A stretch of DNA of 64,000 bases from Lingula anatina. Taxonomy: Eukaryota > Animalia > Brachiopoda. The number at the start of each line of letters is the position of its first letter. Position 1 is the stretch's first letter. Shown one piece after another: positions 24,707-38,299 of this stretch. The translations under genes and the position numbers were made by a program. The notes under the pieces are model-generated. The model was not told the DNA's origin, did not search any database, and worked only from the letters and a program-made list of their open reading frames with translations. The stretch lies in assembly GCA_051362555.1 (NCBI GenBank), contig CM120648.1, positions 10,784,587 through 10,848,586 of the forward strand, written 5' to 3'.

Positions 24707-27641
24707 CAAGGACTTTTTTCCAAAATGAAAGTTTTATTGCAAGGGAATAGTAATCTTTGACTTTGTTTGGACAATGGATTGTGAAATAATGTTGACCGAG
24801 TAGAAAGGTCATCTGTATTACAAATATACAGACACACTTTCACACGCAGAGTCAAGCACAGGGTACAGTTTTGATAGTGTACGTCAAAAACTTTGTCCTT
24901 ATAATGATTTTGGATTAGTTATTTCTTTAAAAAAGATGGTATGCCTGTACTTAATAAATACGTTTTCTACAAATGCTATAGCAATAAATATTTATCACTT
25001 GAATTATTTGGGATTATTTTGTTCTGGAATTCATTCAAGCAACCAATGCCACAGTCTGAGCCTTTGTCAGAAGGCTTTATGCAAGCGGGACGATGATTAT
25101 TCGTCCAAGATACAAGTCTTCCTTCTAAGCGCGTGTCTCTAAAACAACCTAGAAACTTAAAACAAAATTTTAAGCACCTTTGCTTCAAACCGTTGCCTGA
25201 ACAATATTTGTGAAAAGTGAACACAAAGTCGTGACTCGTGCCCCCTCAGCTACATTGTGTCATACTGGATTTACCAACTCAATTTTTTATGTATCCATAT
25301 CAATTTATTCAGTTGAGTTTTATTTTTCTTTATTTTTTATGATTTGTTAAACTTTGTCCCACACTACCGTGCCAACACATACGAGTTATCCCCCTTAACT
25401 TATACTCAGTGCTTAAATTTAAATTTGTCATGACTCTCGTGTATTCGTTCGGGTGAAAAAGTTCGGAGAACATCGGGTAGCTCCGTCGGGAAAACCGAGT
25501 ATGATAAGTGTCTGGTGTCCTCTAAAGCTTACCGGTTTCATTTATGTGCCCGAAGGGAAAAATTATCCCTATACATTGGCCGACCCCTGAAAAGGGGGGG
25601 GGGGGGGGGGGGGGGGGTAGGGGTTACCTGGGGGGGGGGAGCAAGAGGGTCGTAATGGGAGTTTCATTTAAATTGTATATGCTTATAGAATTGATTTTTG
25701 TGTTGTTTCACTTTTCTTTTAATAGGAAAAGGGGGATATTAAGTAAATTCTACGAGTTCAAAAATTACACATTTTAAAAATTATCAAGACAATTCTTCGT
25801 AGGAACGACTCTGCATGACGAAGGAGTAACAGTATAAAACTTTTTGAAAATTCATAATATAATATCTATAGTAGCAGGCACTTGTTAGAAGGTACTTTCC
25901 CATATCCTTGTTGAAATCACCCTTTCCGTGCTTCCTATTATAGAAAAAAAAGAAATTGGCAGACTTTTTTCCGAAATGAAAGTGATATTGCAGTGGGAAT
26001 AGAAATTCTTGGTCCTTTTTGTACATGGAATTGTAAAATTTTGACCGTGTGGAAAAAAATGACATCTGTCAAACGGTGCAAACTTACACCATGCCACTTT
26101 GCCTTGTGTTGCGAAGTTGATTTACCAAAACAAATATTGTTGGAGGGGGGGGGGGGGGGCTTGGGGGGGGGGGGGGGGGGCGTGCCCTCTACCAGGGCCA
26201 CAGATTTATTTTTCACTTGATATTCACATATATGTCTCTGCATGGTTAAATAGATGGCTATCTATGTACTGTGGTAGTTAAGAGCACACATATTACCGCG
26301 CGTCTGGTAGAGGGTATAAGGGGGGCAGGGATTTCTTCTGGCATCAGAGCCTTCAATAACATCAAACTGAAAAGAAAATTGTGAAATGTTCATCGGACAG
26401 TGATTTATTGCGCCCTCAGGTGGGAAGTCTTACCCCCCCCCCCCCCCCCCCCACCACCACCACTACCACCGCCAAACCGCTTTTTATTTTGTCACTTGCC
26501 ATCCCCTGCATTACACTACGCCTTTAATGGACCTCCTGTTGGAAGTTTATGGACTGTCCTAGGCCAATGTTCACTATGGAGTAGGCTATTTTAATTTTAA
26601 TTTGATTTCAAAAACTAAATTCTTAATTTATTTATTTATTGTATTATTTTATTATTTTACTATGTATATTGCTCCAATGGAAAATGATTTCCGATTTTTA
26701 TAATTGGCTAAATAAACTCTTATCTTATCTTATCTTATCTTACACGTAGCCTATATATTAGGTAGACGTAGTTTTTACTCTATCAGACTCACAGACAGCA
26801 AACTTTAATCCGTATTGTGGTGGGATAGCTTAAAAGATCATAAAATAGTGGTGAGGGTGGGGGAGAGAGATTCTTCTTACAGTTTCCACGCCTTCTACGC
26901 TCATGATTGACGTGTTTGAAAATAAGGGGGAGAGGGGGAGTAACCTCTACCAGAGGTCTTTTGTAGCTGTCATGAATACATTGTGTCTAATATACTTTAT
27001 TGAAACAGGTAGCCTAGAGATATTCTCTGGTATAAAGTAGAGGGCGGTAATTAACTCCCCCCCCCCCCCCCCCATACATACACACACACCTCCCCCTACC
27101 TGGCCCTGCGTCTTTTTGCCATGTTAAAGAATTTAAAAACTAACCAGTGTTGAATAATTTTAACAATCCAGAGATTTTAATAGTTCATGACATAAGGAAT
27201 TAAGCCTATGCCTATAAAAATTACGCAATGAAAAAAATAAATTGTCGTTAAATGCACGTATTATTATTATTACATTGAATGAAGATGGGGTAGGTTCTTG
27301 TGTAAGCCCACCGGTCACAGAATAGGCCGGTATAGGGACCGGCCCCCACTTGACGACGATCAAAATTCCGACTTTTTGTTTCTTTAACAAATGTTATGAT
27401 GGTGACTAAGCAAATTCTAAAAAGGATGCTCACATGCACGTGGCAGACGTGATACCAGTCGTTACTCCAGATTAGATGCACAGGCAAGGTGATTTGGGAA
27501 TAAACAGTAAGTGGGTCGTGGGAGGAATTTAATGGGTCACGAGCGCATTTAAATAAGAAAAGGTCCGGTTGGAGACTCCACTGCGCAAGCGCGTTGGTAT
27601 TTCCACAGAAGTCTAAAAATAGACAGACTAAACGGGGAGAA

Positions 27642-27690
27642 GGGAATTCCATGATCTCACGCTCGTGGGAATCAACGCGGAAAACGAAAC
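27642..27690 (+). promoter_or_regulatory. kB-like site and IRF-E/ISRE-like site upstream of the TNF ligand
   Basis: GGGAATTCCA at 27642-27651 and GAAAACGAAAC at 27680-27690, 100-150 bp before the ATG. Confidence 0.4.
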
Positions 27691-27789
27691 GTATGGCAGA
27701 AATTTGTGACTATTTCACCGATCAAGACGTATAACTACACAGTCCTCTAGTTAGAAACGTTCTATTCATGTTTGATATCCTTTCACAAC

Positions 27790-30700
27790 ATGGTCGATCG
27801 AGAGAGAGCTCTGGGGAGAAGGGCACGCGAGCCCTCTGGCGACGGTGACAGCGCTGTTCGAGCACAAGGCAGGCCGCTGCTGGAATGTTCGTTAATGCCA
27901 CCAAGACCGACAGCAGGCCTGCCGATTCCCAACGCCGCTGCTCACTTTTTAGCTCGAGAACTAGGACATTGTTCACAGTGTGGATCTAATAGTTCAACAG
28001 CTGTGTCTTCGGTGGCTTCGGACTTAGACAGTTACGGATCAGGAAGGGATTTGCTTCCACCGCCTTTATCCTGCTCGAGATCGAGACAGATTTATAACGG
28101 TACGCCGGTGTATGATGACATTGAGGGAAATAGCCCTGTACAGTGTAAGAAAACGTCGAGGACGAGACGATGTTTATGTAGCCTATCCGTTAAATGTTTG
28201 CTCACTTTTTTAGTCATATTAACTGGTATTGCTGGAGCAGGGACAGTATTTTACTTCCTTATATATAAGCCCGATATGGAAAGACTCCAGCAAAAGATAA
28301 ACAAAACAGAAGACTTGGCGAGGTTAAAACAGGTACGGAATTCTTCATTTTATATCTGTACATTGCTACTGAAATATATTGGGGGGGGGGGGGAGCGCAG
28401 TTCAAATTTTGATAATAAATTGCGTTTTCATTTTACGTTTTAGTGACGGACGGATGTATAGTATTAATTTAAAGGCGAAAGATCCCTAGAAGGTGAATAC
28501 GTTTAAAAGGGTTTGCATGTTTAGGCACGGCTAGGGTGTGGTTGGTGATGTAACAGTTTATCGTTCTCACTTCACTAACCAACTTTTATTTATTATCCGT
28601 AGATATATTTGCCTCTTTTTTCTAATGTGAATCCCCGCCCCCTTCAAAACTGTCTGAACGCGTTTTTGCAATGATTTAATTCCACGACTTTTTCCTCTGT
28701 TTTGTGCGCCTTTTGTTTAATTTGGTTTCAATTTCGATAAAACTTGCCTCATTGTTTCATTTTCGTTTTCAGTATAATGGTGAAAATTTGAAGAACGCAC
28801 GCCAGTTAGAAGGGGAAGGCCCTTCTGCATTCCTTTATGGGAAGAAGCCAGAAAGAGGTAAATTTCACTGTACTTTTGAAATATATGTAAAAAAGAAAAT
28901 AGACAAATAAGTCTTCAATATAGCCTACATTGAAGATAAAACAGGCAGTTGGGATTAATCAAATCTTTCATTTAATTCTTTCAAACAAAAAAGTTTCCTT
29001 TCCAGTGTTGGAAAAACCTCATCTAAAATAGAAAATTATTCTCCATAAATAAAAGAATTGAATGCCTCAGGCGCCTGTCGTCTGCACACTGCAGTCGTTC
29101 ACACACCTGAGCATCGTTATCTTAGCGTAACGAGGTCAACATCGGTCACTTTCGCGGAAGTCCGGAAATTCCGAAGTTGTGAGACCAGCGTATTGCACGT
29201 TACAGGTGTATTGGTATTCCATTGAATAGTTTGTTTTATAAACATACCTTATAACCGCAGTGAGTCATCGGATGAGATAACAATTGCAGAAGAATTTCGA
29301 AAGGGTTTTAGGGATTTACATACAGAATAGGCCCGAGGTTTTGATAACTTTTGGCCTTTACTCATAACTCGGGGAATATAATTTCGATTTTGAGAAACCA
29401 TATCATAATATTTTGCATGTGCAACTGAGACAATTTAGTTTTATTATCTCGCATTGGGTATTATTCCCCATTCGCGTGTAATTGATAGGGATAGGCCTTT
29501 CCTATATATATTGCCTAGTCTAATATGACAGATCCAGGGGTAGGCCTATTTCGAAAACCAAAAGTAAAGTCAACTAGAGCTCGTCGTATGACGATATAGA
29601 AATCACGCAGTTACCTACTCAGCTGCTGAGGGCGGATCCAGAGATATTTTCTGACAGTCTTCCAAATTATCTTTGTTGATCCATCCACCATTTTTGACCG
29701 TCTTCCGACAGAAAAAATTAGATACCCCTCAATGTAAACTTTAAAATCTTACCGTCTTCTGGAAGACCCAGAAGACCGCCTAAATCCGCCCCAGCAGCAT
29801 TACACCACCTAAGTCAACAAAAAAGCAAATGTGCGGAGTTGAACTCATATGAACTGAAGACATCTTTTTTTTTATATTTGTCAGTTTATGAGCTGGGGTA
29901 TTCTAATTGTTTTCTAAAATAGCTGGAAATCTTTTTAAAAAATTATGTAACGTTTTTGGAATGCAGATGCATTAATTAGGTTATCTGCATTTAAGTAAAT
30001 AAATAAATATGTAAAAGACATAGTAGGTTGCTACATTTATTGTTTTAACAATAAAATTTAAAATAACTATGTCAGAAATAACACACAAAAAAAGCTGAAT
30101 CGAAAATGTTTGGAAAATTTTTTTCTAAATAAATCGGGACAGCAGAACGAATTAAGGAGAGAGGGAAGTGGAAAAATGACAGGAAACAAAAGGAACAGAT
30201 AAATAAACAAACAAAAAAGGGGGAACAAAGAAAAAAATAAGCAAAAGAAATGAAAATCAAGCCAAGAAACAATTTTTAAAAAATCTTGAGATTCAACCGT
30301 AATTTAAAAATCATATCCTTTTTTATCTTATCGCAGGTGATCCAACACCAATTGTATGGGACACTGAAAAACGACGAAAACCCCGCAATACCATTCTCAA
30401 GAATATCACCGAGCACAAGATTCGAAATGACCATCATCTTAGGGTACACCAACGTGGAATATATCGGGTTCAAAGCCACCTTTGCTTCAAAGTTCAAGTG
30501 GACGGAGCAGATGACATCTCGAGCACCTCACTGACTGCGAGCGACGGGGACGAACGAATCGGCAGAGGGCGCTCCAAGACGTTCTTACATTTTGTGATAA
30601 GAAATTGCCAGGGAAACGAAGATGAAGTGTTGAAAACTTTGAAGCTGGTTTATCTGCTGCCAGGAGAGGAGTACAAATACTGCAGCGATCTGTCCGGCCT

Positions 30701-30821
30701 TGTTGGCATGGACAGCGGCTGCTCTTTGTATACTAAAATTAAATGTGAAGACGACTCAAGTGACCTTACACAATATATGGAGCATTATAATTGGAACTTT
30801 TTTGGATTAAACAGAGTGTGA
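27790..30821 (+). CDS. TNF superfamily ligand (type II membrane protein, ~370 aa)
   Basis: Exons 27790-28332 (phase 0), 28773-28857 (phase 1), 30337-30821. TM LLTFLVILTGIAGAGTVFYFLIY. TNF homology domain hallmarks: PSAFLYG (strand A), IVW, LRVHQRGIYRVQSHLCF, terminal NFFGLNRV*. Confidence 0.9.
29629..29793 (-). mobile_element. ~168-bp MITE family 3 (GGGCGGAT...ATCCGCCC termini), copy in TNF intron 2
   Basis: Reverse complement of copies at 41151-41317, 41545-41713 and 45126-45293. Confidence 0.8.
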
Positions 30822-33809
30822 CAGTTAGTAATCTTTCAAATTAGGTGGATTCTTTTCTTTGAAATGATACTAAGTGACAAATAACATCCGTCCTTTTTAT
30901 TTTTTTTTCTTTATTTCAATACATTTTTCATGACACTGCTTGAAGATTTTCAGAAAAATTAATATATGTTATAATTGTGCTTTTGTTATTTTAACTTTTA
31001 AATAACTCCCAACTGCATGAATATCATATATGTCATCTTATTGCTTTTTTTTATTTTATCGGAAATTGATATTATGTACGTATTTGTATTATATGTATAT
31101 AAACAAATGTATTTTGTACATTATGCTGACAATATAAGAAAAAAATAATCTGGTGTAATACTAATTTATTGATTTTATTTTTAAAATCTAATGAATTGAT
31201 TAATTCATTTCATTATTAATTTGAATTATGAACGATAGTGTAAATATTGTAAATATGTACATAGATCCGAAGCGGAGTTAGTTGTAGAAGGAAAAAACAG
31301 TGTGCTGGCCATGAAATTTGACCTTACGCCACATTATAATAGACCGAATAGCCTTTTAAAAACATGGGTGGGAAACAGGTCAGAGGGGGGCTCAGGGGGG
31401 TCCTGACCCCCCCCCCTTTCAGTCTCAGAAAAAATCTCACTAATGGCCCCCCTTGAAATTAGAATTTTGACTAGATAAATCATAGTTCTAAACCGTACCA
31501 AATGGCACCGTTCGACCTCTAAAATACCAAATTGAGGGGGGGCATTAAGCGGGCCACGAACTCCCCCCCCCCCCGCCAAGGGAGGGGGTGTCGGGTCGGC
31601 TTCGCATCTGCGGACCCCCCCCCCCCCCTTCAAATATTCCTGGATCTGCCCCTGGGTCGTGATCGTAGAGGTGGACCTGCTGAAATTTCTGAAAAAAAAA
31701 AAAAAAAACGGTTTCAACCTACTGATACGGCCCCTATTCTGTTGACTTCGGTCTTTTTCTTCCATCTCATCTTTCCGACTTAAAAGCAAAACATCCACCC
31801 CGCCCATGCATGTATTTTATTAAATAACAAGTTGACATAACTGTTCGGTGGTTTGTGTCTTTTCTCACTCAAATGCTTGATAAAAATAAAAGATACGATG
31901 GATAGTAGGCTTCTAAATCTGAATATATCAATTTAAAGAAAATCTTTCAACAAAACGTACCAATTTTTAAGCATTAAGAAAAAAATCATTAAGACCAAAA
32001 TGCCAAATTGACTTCCTGGTTCTACGAATCCCCACGTTCAACAATGCCCCATTGGATTTTTCCCAATCGATTTGTGACTGAGTCATGTTTCTTTTCTTAG
32101 GCATGTGAAAACTTTACTTCTTACTCCCACGCAAAGGCATTTCTTTCATTGCATAAGACACAAGGGACGAACAATTGATACAAAACACTTGAGGGACCCG
32201 TTGGGCATTTTTGTTACCCGTTCATGCTATTGAGCGTGAGCTCTCCATTCCAGTGACTCGTGAATTCTGATTCTTATTCTCCGCCCGTGAATTGGTTATT
32301 TGTGGTTTCCGGATTATTGAAACGCATTAATGTTATCAGTGAGATGTGAATAGAGAAGGCCTATTATTTACTGTGATTTGTGATTTTATTTTTCCCACGA
32401 ACGTGACCATTACCACCACCCCCTACGCGACCCTCATACATTGTACTACACGTGACTTTAACTTTTTATTTATTCATCTATTAATTCATTCATTTATCTA
32501 TTTATTTATTTATTTATTTATTTATACACTGAATATCAAAATTTTATAATTATATTATTATTATTACATTAACTGGTGTAATGAGAAATTGTACAGTGTT
32601 TATATACCCTAGTATACGCCAGGGTATTAAAATTGGTAGATTGCAGATGGGACTGGGTGCAAGTGGCAGATTTAGGGGGTGTCAGGGGGTCCTGATCCCC
32701 CTTCGGTTTCTAAAAAAATTAAACCAAATGTCCCCTCTTGAAATTAGAATTTTGACTAGCTATATCATAGCAAAACACCAAAAATGTCCTTCATCGGGTA
32801 CCCGCACCCCACCCCAAAAGGGGGGGGGGGGGCGAGGGTCCTCTTCACAGCCAAGGCCTGTGATTCCTAACATAAAACTGCCCCCACCCCTTCAATCCGT
32901 CCTGTTCATTAATGCTATTTCAATATAAATAATCAGTCTGTGTCAACAATTTCCAGCCGACTGAGTCTTAATACAATCAGTGTCTAAGAATCTACTGGGT
33001 CATAGCTCAACTAGTGGCCTGGTACTAAAAAAACGCAATACTATTTTGCTCTCCCAGTTTAATTTTACCGACTTGGGTCGCACATCAATTTCTGAAAAAA
33101 TAATAACGTACGGTATTTGATAACTCATGGAATAATATTTTTCTTGGGAAGTGGTTATTTTACTGTAGATAAACATAAAATGTTAGTCGTTGTTGTATTA
33201 GTCTGCCTACATTATTGTACAACTGGCATACTCATAGGCAGATCCAGCTGGATTATTTGAAGAGGGAGTCAAGTATTTTAGGAATGAAAGGCCACCGATG
33301 CCAAACCGATCCCCTTGCACACCATTGGTGTGATTTTTTTTTTCAGAAATCGAAGGGGGGTCCCCCTTGACACCCCCCTAAAGGAAGGAGGTGTCAGGAC
33401 CATGATTAAATGCTTGTTAAAGAATTGACTAGACGGGAAATGGTTTTACACAGCTTCACGAAGATTTAGACCCCTCGGGTAAGAGATTTGAATGATTATA
33501 AACTTTTATCAGAAGCCAGAGAAGTCATCTTACAGGTAGACAATGCAGCTCAGTTTAACAGCTAAGCACGCTCTATTCTCCAGTGGCTCGATTGTCGTCA
33601 TCAGACCACGTGACAACGTAGCTCATTAACTCTCAGGCCGAGCAAATAGGACGTTTTTTAAAGCCAAAAATTTACAAAATGAGCTTTTAATTTGTGTATT
33701 TGGATAAAGATATCGTTAGTTGGGCATGTTTTCTGAAAAATATGTTCCGTTCAGGCCATTCTGACGGCATGAAGCAAACCCTTTAATCTGCCAATGATAC
33801 TATAGTTAA

Positions 33810-35937
33810 GGCCACTAATAGTAAAAGGACCAAAGTCATAGAAACAAAGCCCTGGGCTTATAAGTTTTTATAAAAAATTAAAACAAACTTTCCAAAAGGC
33901 CAATTAAAGACGGGGATTAAGTACAGTGTCCAACGGATGACGCTCTGGCGCCAATTTGAGGGGAAAAATGCCGTTTTCGGTATTGGGATTTTCTCTATAA
34001 CCAAGACAGCTATTCAAGTGATTCAAAAGGCCTCATAAAGCTGGGTGAAAGCACTACAGCGGGGTACCAGGGAATTGTCTTAAACTATTTACTTTTGATT
34101 TTATCATCTTTTACGTTAAATCAGCCCATATTTCAATGGGTTATTCACTTCAAAAGGCGATAACTTTCAAACAAACAATTTCTTCTTAAACCCCTGATAT
34201 CATGCTGTAGTCCACATTCCCAACAACAATAGGTGCAACTTTTGTAACGATCAGTTGCTCAGATAGTGAGATATACTTGGCAGCGATTCCCTTATCTCGT
34301 CAATATAGAAAGCTGTTAAAACAGCCAAAAACGTTCACAGGTTGGTTAACAGGGCTTATTAGTCAAATGCTTAGCTGGCAAATTTACCTGTTATCGGTTA
34401 TATGATCAGATGGAACCATTGCCTATTGTCATCTAAAAATATTTTGTTTGGGTGCTTTGAAGGGGCAGAAAATCGTGCTTTTGTTACATTTTCCGACCAC
34501 TCGTTAGGCATGTAAGCGTGCCGCCATTTTGATTGACAGCTCTGGAGAGGGTCCTAGCCTAGTGATGCCCCGTAGGGTGTCAAGGATATGTAGAAGGAAG
34601 CGCTAACAAAGGCGATTACGTTTAACCGCAATTAAGAGGTGTATAGTTGCATTTGAACGTTTCAATGGCTCTTCCTCGGCAATCGAGTAATTTTACCTGA
34701 GAGATTCCTTCTTTGTTATCGTCAAAGTGATCAGATAAAACTGTGTCGAGAGCAAGTGTCCGTCACTTGTGTTAATAAGAGTTTTTTGACGGGTAACGCT
34801 GCAGGATTATTTTGCACGACACTTGGTAATCGTCAGATCAACGGAAAAATCCAGTGATTACTTCAGAGCGGTCTCTCTCAAAATGCCAGCTAAGATAAAG
34901 GGGAGACGCTCAGCTGCACAAGATTCAGCGGTAAAAGTGGCTGAGAGAAGGCTTTTGAATAAATATTTTATTTTTACACACATGACACTTAGACTCTATT
35001 TGCTTTTTACCTGCTAGTCTTGACTATTTTCGGGGTCTTTTTGTGATTTTCATTTTTGGATACATTTTGAACTCTTTCTTCCCGCTTGATCAGTGATTTT
35101 GAAATTGTTTTTCTCCAAACATCGCAAAATGCAAAGCGGCTAACATGCGTTTTTATTTTTATTGTTTTAATCATGCTGTCAACCCTTGCTTGGATTTCTC
35201 TCGTTTGGCCATTCACATCACAATTTTTCGCGTGTCTCACAAGCTCCATGATATATCTTGGAGAATAAAATTTAATTTTGTCAACATTAGATTTACCTTT
35301 TGCAAACGGCGACCAACAATCATTTCCGGTTTCGTAACGTGTCGCAGATACGCTCGCCGATGTATATCGCAAAAATTGAGAGCTAGGCTAAAAGTATCCT
35401 TTTTAGCGTTTTTTAAAATTTATTTATCGATTTTTCTTTCATTTGTCAATTAATTTAGGCGATTAACTCTTTCTCCCATTTATTAGGTATACAGAAATCA
35501 GTTATCCGACTGAACAAATAGGGTCGGTTTTCCCCAACCGCCACGCATAGGCCCTACTCTCTTTCAAAATTTTCTTTCTTTCCTCTGGAAATGGACTTTT
35601 AACACGAACTTTTCTCTTCCCCATAGTGTACTAGCTAGACTTCTTCGCTGCTAAGCTGATGTAAGACTTATGACCTATTACCGCACACGTAATCGGCTTA
35701 TAACTCATTAACTGTGCTCCGACCCCCTCATGGCAACGGCCCTTAGTAACAGAGGCGTGGCTTAGTTGTCAGCCTGACTGGGGCGCGTGCCGGTTGAAAA
35801 ACTCATCAAAAGACACATTTTGCGATGCAAATTCATAAAAATTATTACATCCAACGTTAGATACTTTTTTTATTAATATAAACACAAAAAAAAACTCAAA
35901 AACACGATTTTAAGCGTATTTAACCCTATCACCGGCC
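33810..35937. mobile_element. Possible ~2.1-kb non-autonomous TTAA-flanked DNA transposon
   Basis: TTAA|GGCCACTAATAG...CTATCACCGGCC|TTAA; weak terminal inverted match, no coding capacity seen. Confidence 0.3.
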
Positions 35938-35940
35938 TTA

Positions 35941-36392
35941 AGTAGGCTACATAGATTATGAGTTCGAGCAGCGAGATTTTTCAAGGGAATTCCCCAAGAA
36001 ATCTCGTTGTGAAACGGAGGATGAAATCGGTAAGCATAAGATCTGTATATCTATCTGTCAATATATGTCTAAAGGACCACTTCTGGTAGGCCTATAGGCC
36101 TATAATAGACGGGAAGAGAGAGCGCCTGGGAGCTTAATCACGCTGAACATAGGCCTGATAAATTTTGGGTGATTAAGCTTCCCATGTGCCCCCTCTTAAA
36201 TTCCCGTCTATTATATAGGCCTACCAGTAGGCCTAATGGTCCTTGAGACGTACTGCATATGACAGATAAAGATATAGGGGCCTATACAGATCTGCTTACC
36301 TACTTCGACCTCGGTTTCACAACGAGATTTGTTTGGGGAATTCCCTTGGAAAATTTGGCTGCTCGAATTCATATTCTATATGTAGGCCTACT
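35941..36392. mobile_element. ~450-bp fold-back (palindromic) element with one perfect kB site in each arm
   Basis: Arms are reverse complements over ~200 bp (ttcgagcagc...gggaattccccaa...aaatctcgttgtgaaac versus gtttcacaacgagattt...ttggggaattccc...gctgctcgaa); kB sites at 35985-35995 and 36335-36345. Confidence 0.8.
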
Positions 36393-36899
36393 AGTTGTTG
36401 AGTAATTCCCTTGGGAACCTGTTATACATGCTGTAGCCCTGGTCGATCTGGAAGCCTTCCACAGTTTCTGCAGGAACTTAATTGTACGTTACTTACTCAG
36501 TTCGTTCCACTCGGAGACTTCTCAGCTTCTGATAAAGAAATATTTTTCTAACTGGCGTGTTGCAAACGGTAACAGCGACTGTTTGGTTGGCAAGTTGTTT
36601 TTAGTGTCAAAGTCAGTGAATGATCTTGCCCTTGTAAAGACTAAACACGCACGACGTTCGTTAGAATTAACCCAGCAGACAAACGGCATTGATTAACCGT
36701 TGAATCAACATTAATTTTGGTGGGTCAACGTTGAATCAACGGATAATCAGTGTCGTTTGCCTGCTAGGCTGCTGGGAATTCAGCTGGTACATGTATATAC
36801 TGTATCAAGCAAGTGTCAGGAGGTATCGCTGGTACCAACCCCTCAACCACCTTGGAAAGGAAAGTTAGCCGCAGTTCCTACCTCCGGTACTGCAGCAGA

Positions 36900-37282
36900 G
36901 GGAGACCCAGTGATTTAAACGCGGAGGTAACACTATTAGCTGGAGACCCGACTTGATGGGGATTTGTCGATAGAGGGCTTGTTCACTCGTGTGCCTCCGT
37001 TTCACAACGAGGTTTTTTAGGGAATCCCCGTCTACATCCGCCATCTTAGGTGAGCATATCATAAGGAATTAATATCTGACCAGGTTTGGATATTCAGGAT
37101 AAAGTATTGGTTCGTTTTGTGCTTGAAAAGCGCCATATCATTAAACAGAATCCGTCTGTTTAAAAATAAGTAAATGTTATTGGGTATTTGCTCGCATGCA
37201 CAGCTGTACCCATCTACTTTATCTGTACTTTCTTAGAACACTTGGAATATTCTTGTAACAGGACAAGTGATGAACATTAAGG
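36900..37282 (+). promoter_or_regulatory. Putative promoter and 5' non-coding exons of the TNFR-TIR gene
   Basis: Locally more GC-rich; GGGAATCCCC at 37020-37029; donor ag|gtgagc at 37049; possible second small exon ending at gg|gtaggt (37282). Confidence 0.45.
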
Positions 37283-38299
37283 GTAGGTACCTGAAATTGC
37301 TTTCTTCCTATCTCAACACTGGGCATAATAATATTAAGGCTTATAATTTCTCTTCAAATGATTTATGAGTTTTATTTTTAAGAAGTGGTACCAGTATTTT
37401 ATTTAAATGCTGTCCGAATACAAGGTCAGCCCTTACCAAAAAAAAAAAAAAGACAGCAAGCCACCATTATGATTGAACCACTCATACATGGTACTCACAC
37501 TAGCAAGTAAACTGTGGCAGAGTGAACTCTGATTGAATCGTGGTCGAATAAACCCAGTTTCATTGTGTTCTTACTGATACTGTACAGTTGATAGGAATGG
37601 TACAGTAGACTACTATGTAATTTTTTCCATTCCCCATTACTTTGTACAGGTGACATTTGTCCTATTTACTAACCCCAATACTCTGACTAATCCTAACCTG
37701 TAGTAATCATAATGGAAGTCCCAGGACCACGATTTGGGTCAGACTATAATGTGTAATACAGTGTAACACAAGCAAGTAAACACAGGAAACAGTCATTCCC
37801 AACAATTTACATAATAGGATAATATGAAAGCGAAATATATTACTAGGTAATTAAAGGGACAACAACCATTCGTAAGATACCCACATTTCACAATAAATAC
37901 ATTGTAGGCAACTCAAGGAAATGTAGTAAATTCTATTTTACCACCAAAATGGCAGTTTACGCAATTGTTTTGGAATTTGTGCTTGCTATCACATCACTTG
38001 ACCTCTATAGTTGGCTATACACTCTGTAATAATCTGTTAAGAGGGTCATGGCTATCATTTCTTTTACACTTGCAGTTAAGCTGATGCACTATTGTTCTAG
38101 TTAGAAAGTGATACATATGATAAACATAGCTATTATGCTGTATGAAATATTAAACTTACTCTTGAACACTATAAACTTATTTACTTATTTTGTAAAATAA
38201 ACACCTGGCATAACACTAGCACGTGCTGATATTATAAAATGAAAAAATAAGCAAGCCACTTCAAAATAAACTTTCTTTGAAGTTGTACGCCTTGTTATG

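Noticed and set aside
25590-26475. Long poly-G/poly-C runs giving Gly- or Pro-rich ORFs and G-quadruplex potential
   Set aside because: Homopolymer tracts recur throughout the window, often within small repeats; the ORFs have no coding features.
30286-30534. ORF-track frame VIQHQLYGTL... as the third TNF exon
   Set aside because: Wrong frame; the phase-1 splice from 28857 gives GDPTPIVW..., which continues into the 30498-30821 frame and contains the TNF motifs.
30822-31260. AU-rich element cluster in the TNF 3' UTR
   Set aside because: The region is AT-rich but has no clustered ATTTA repeats above local background.
34823-35453. Cluster of 60-120-aa ORFs as a possible transposase or gene
   Set aside because: No recognisable motifs, overlapping frames on both strands and no consistent splice structure.
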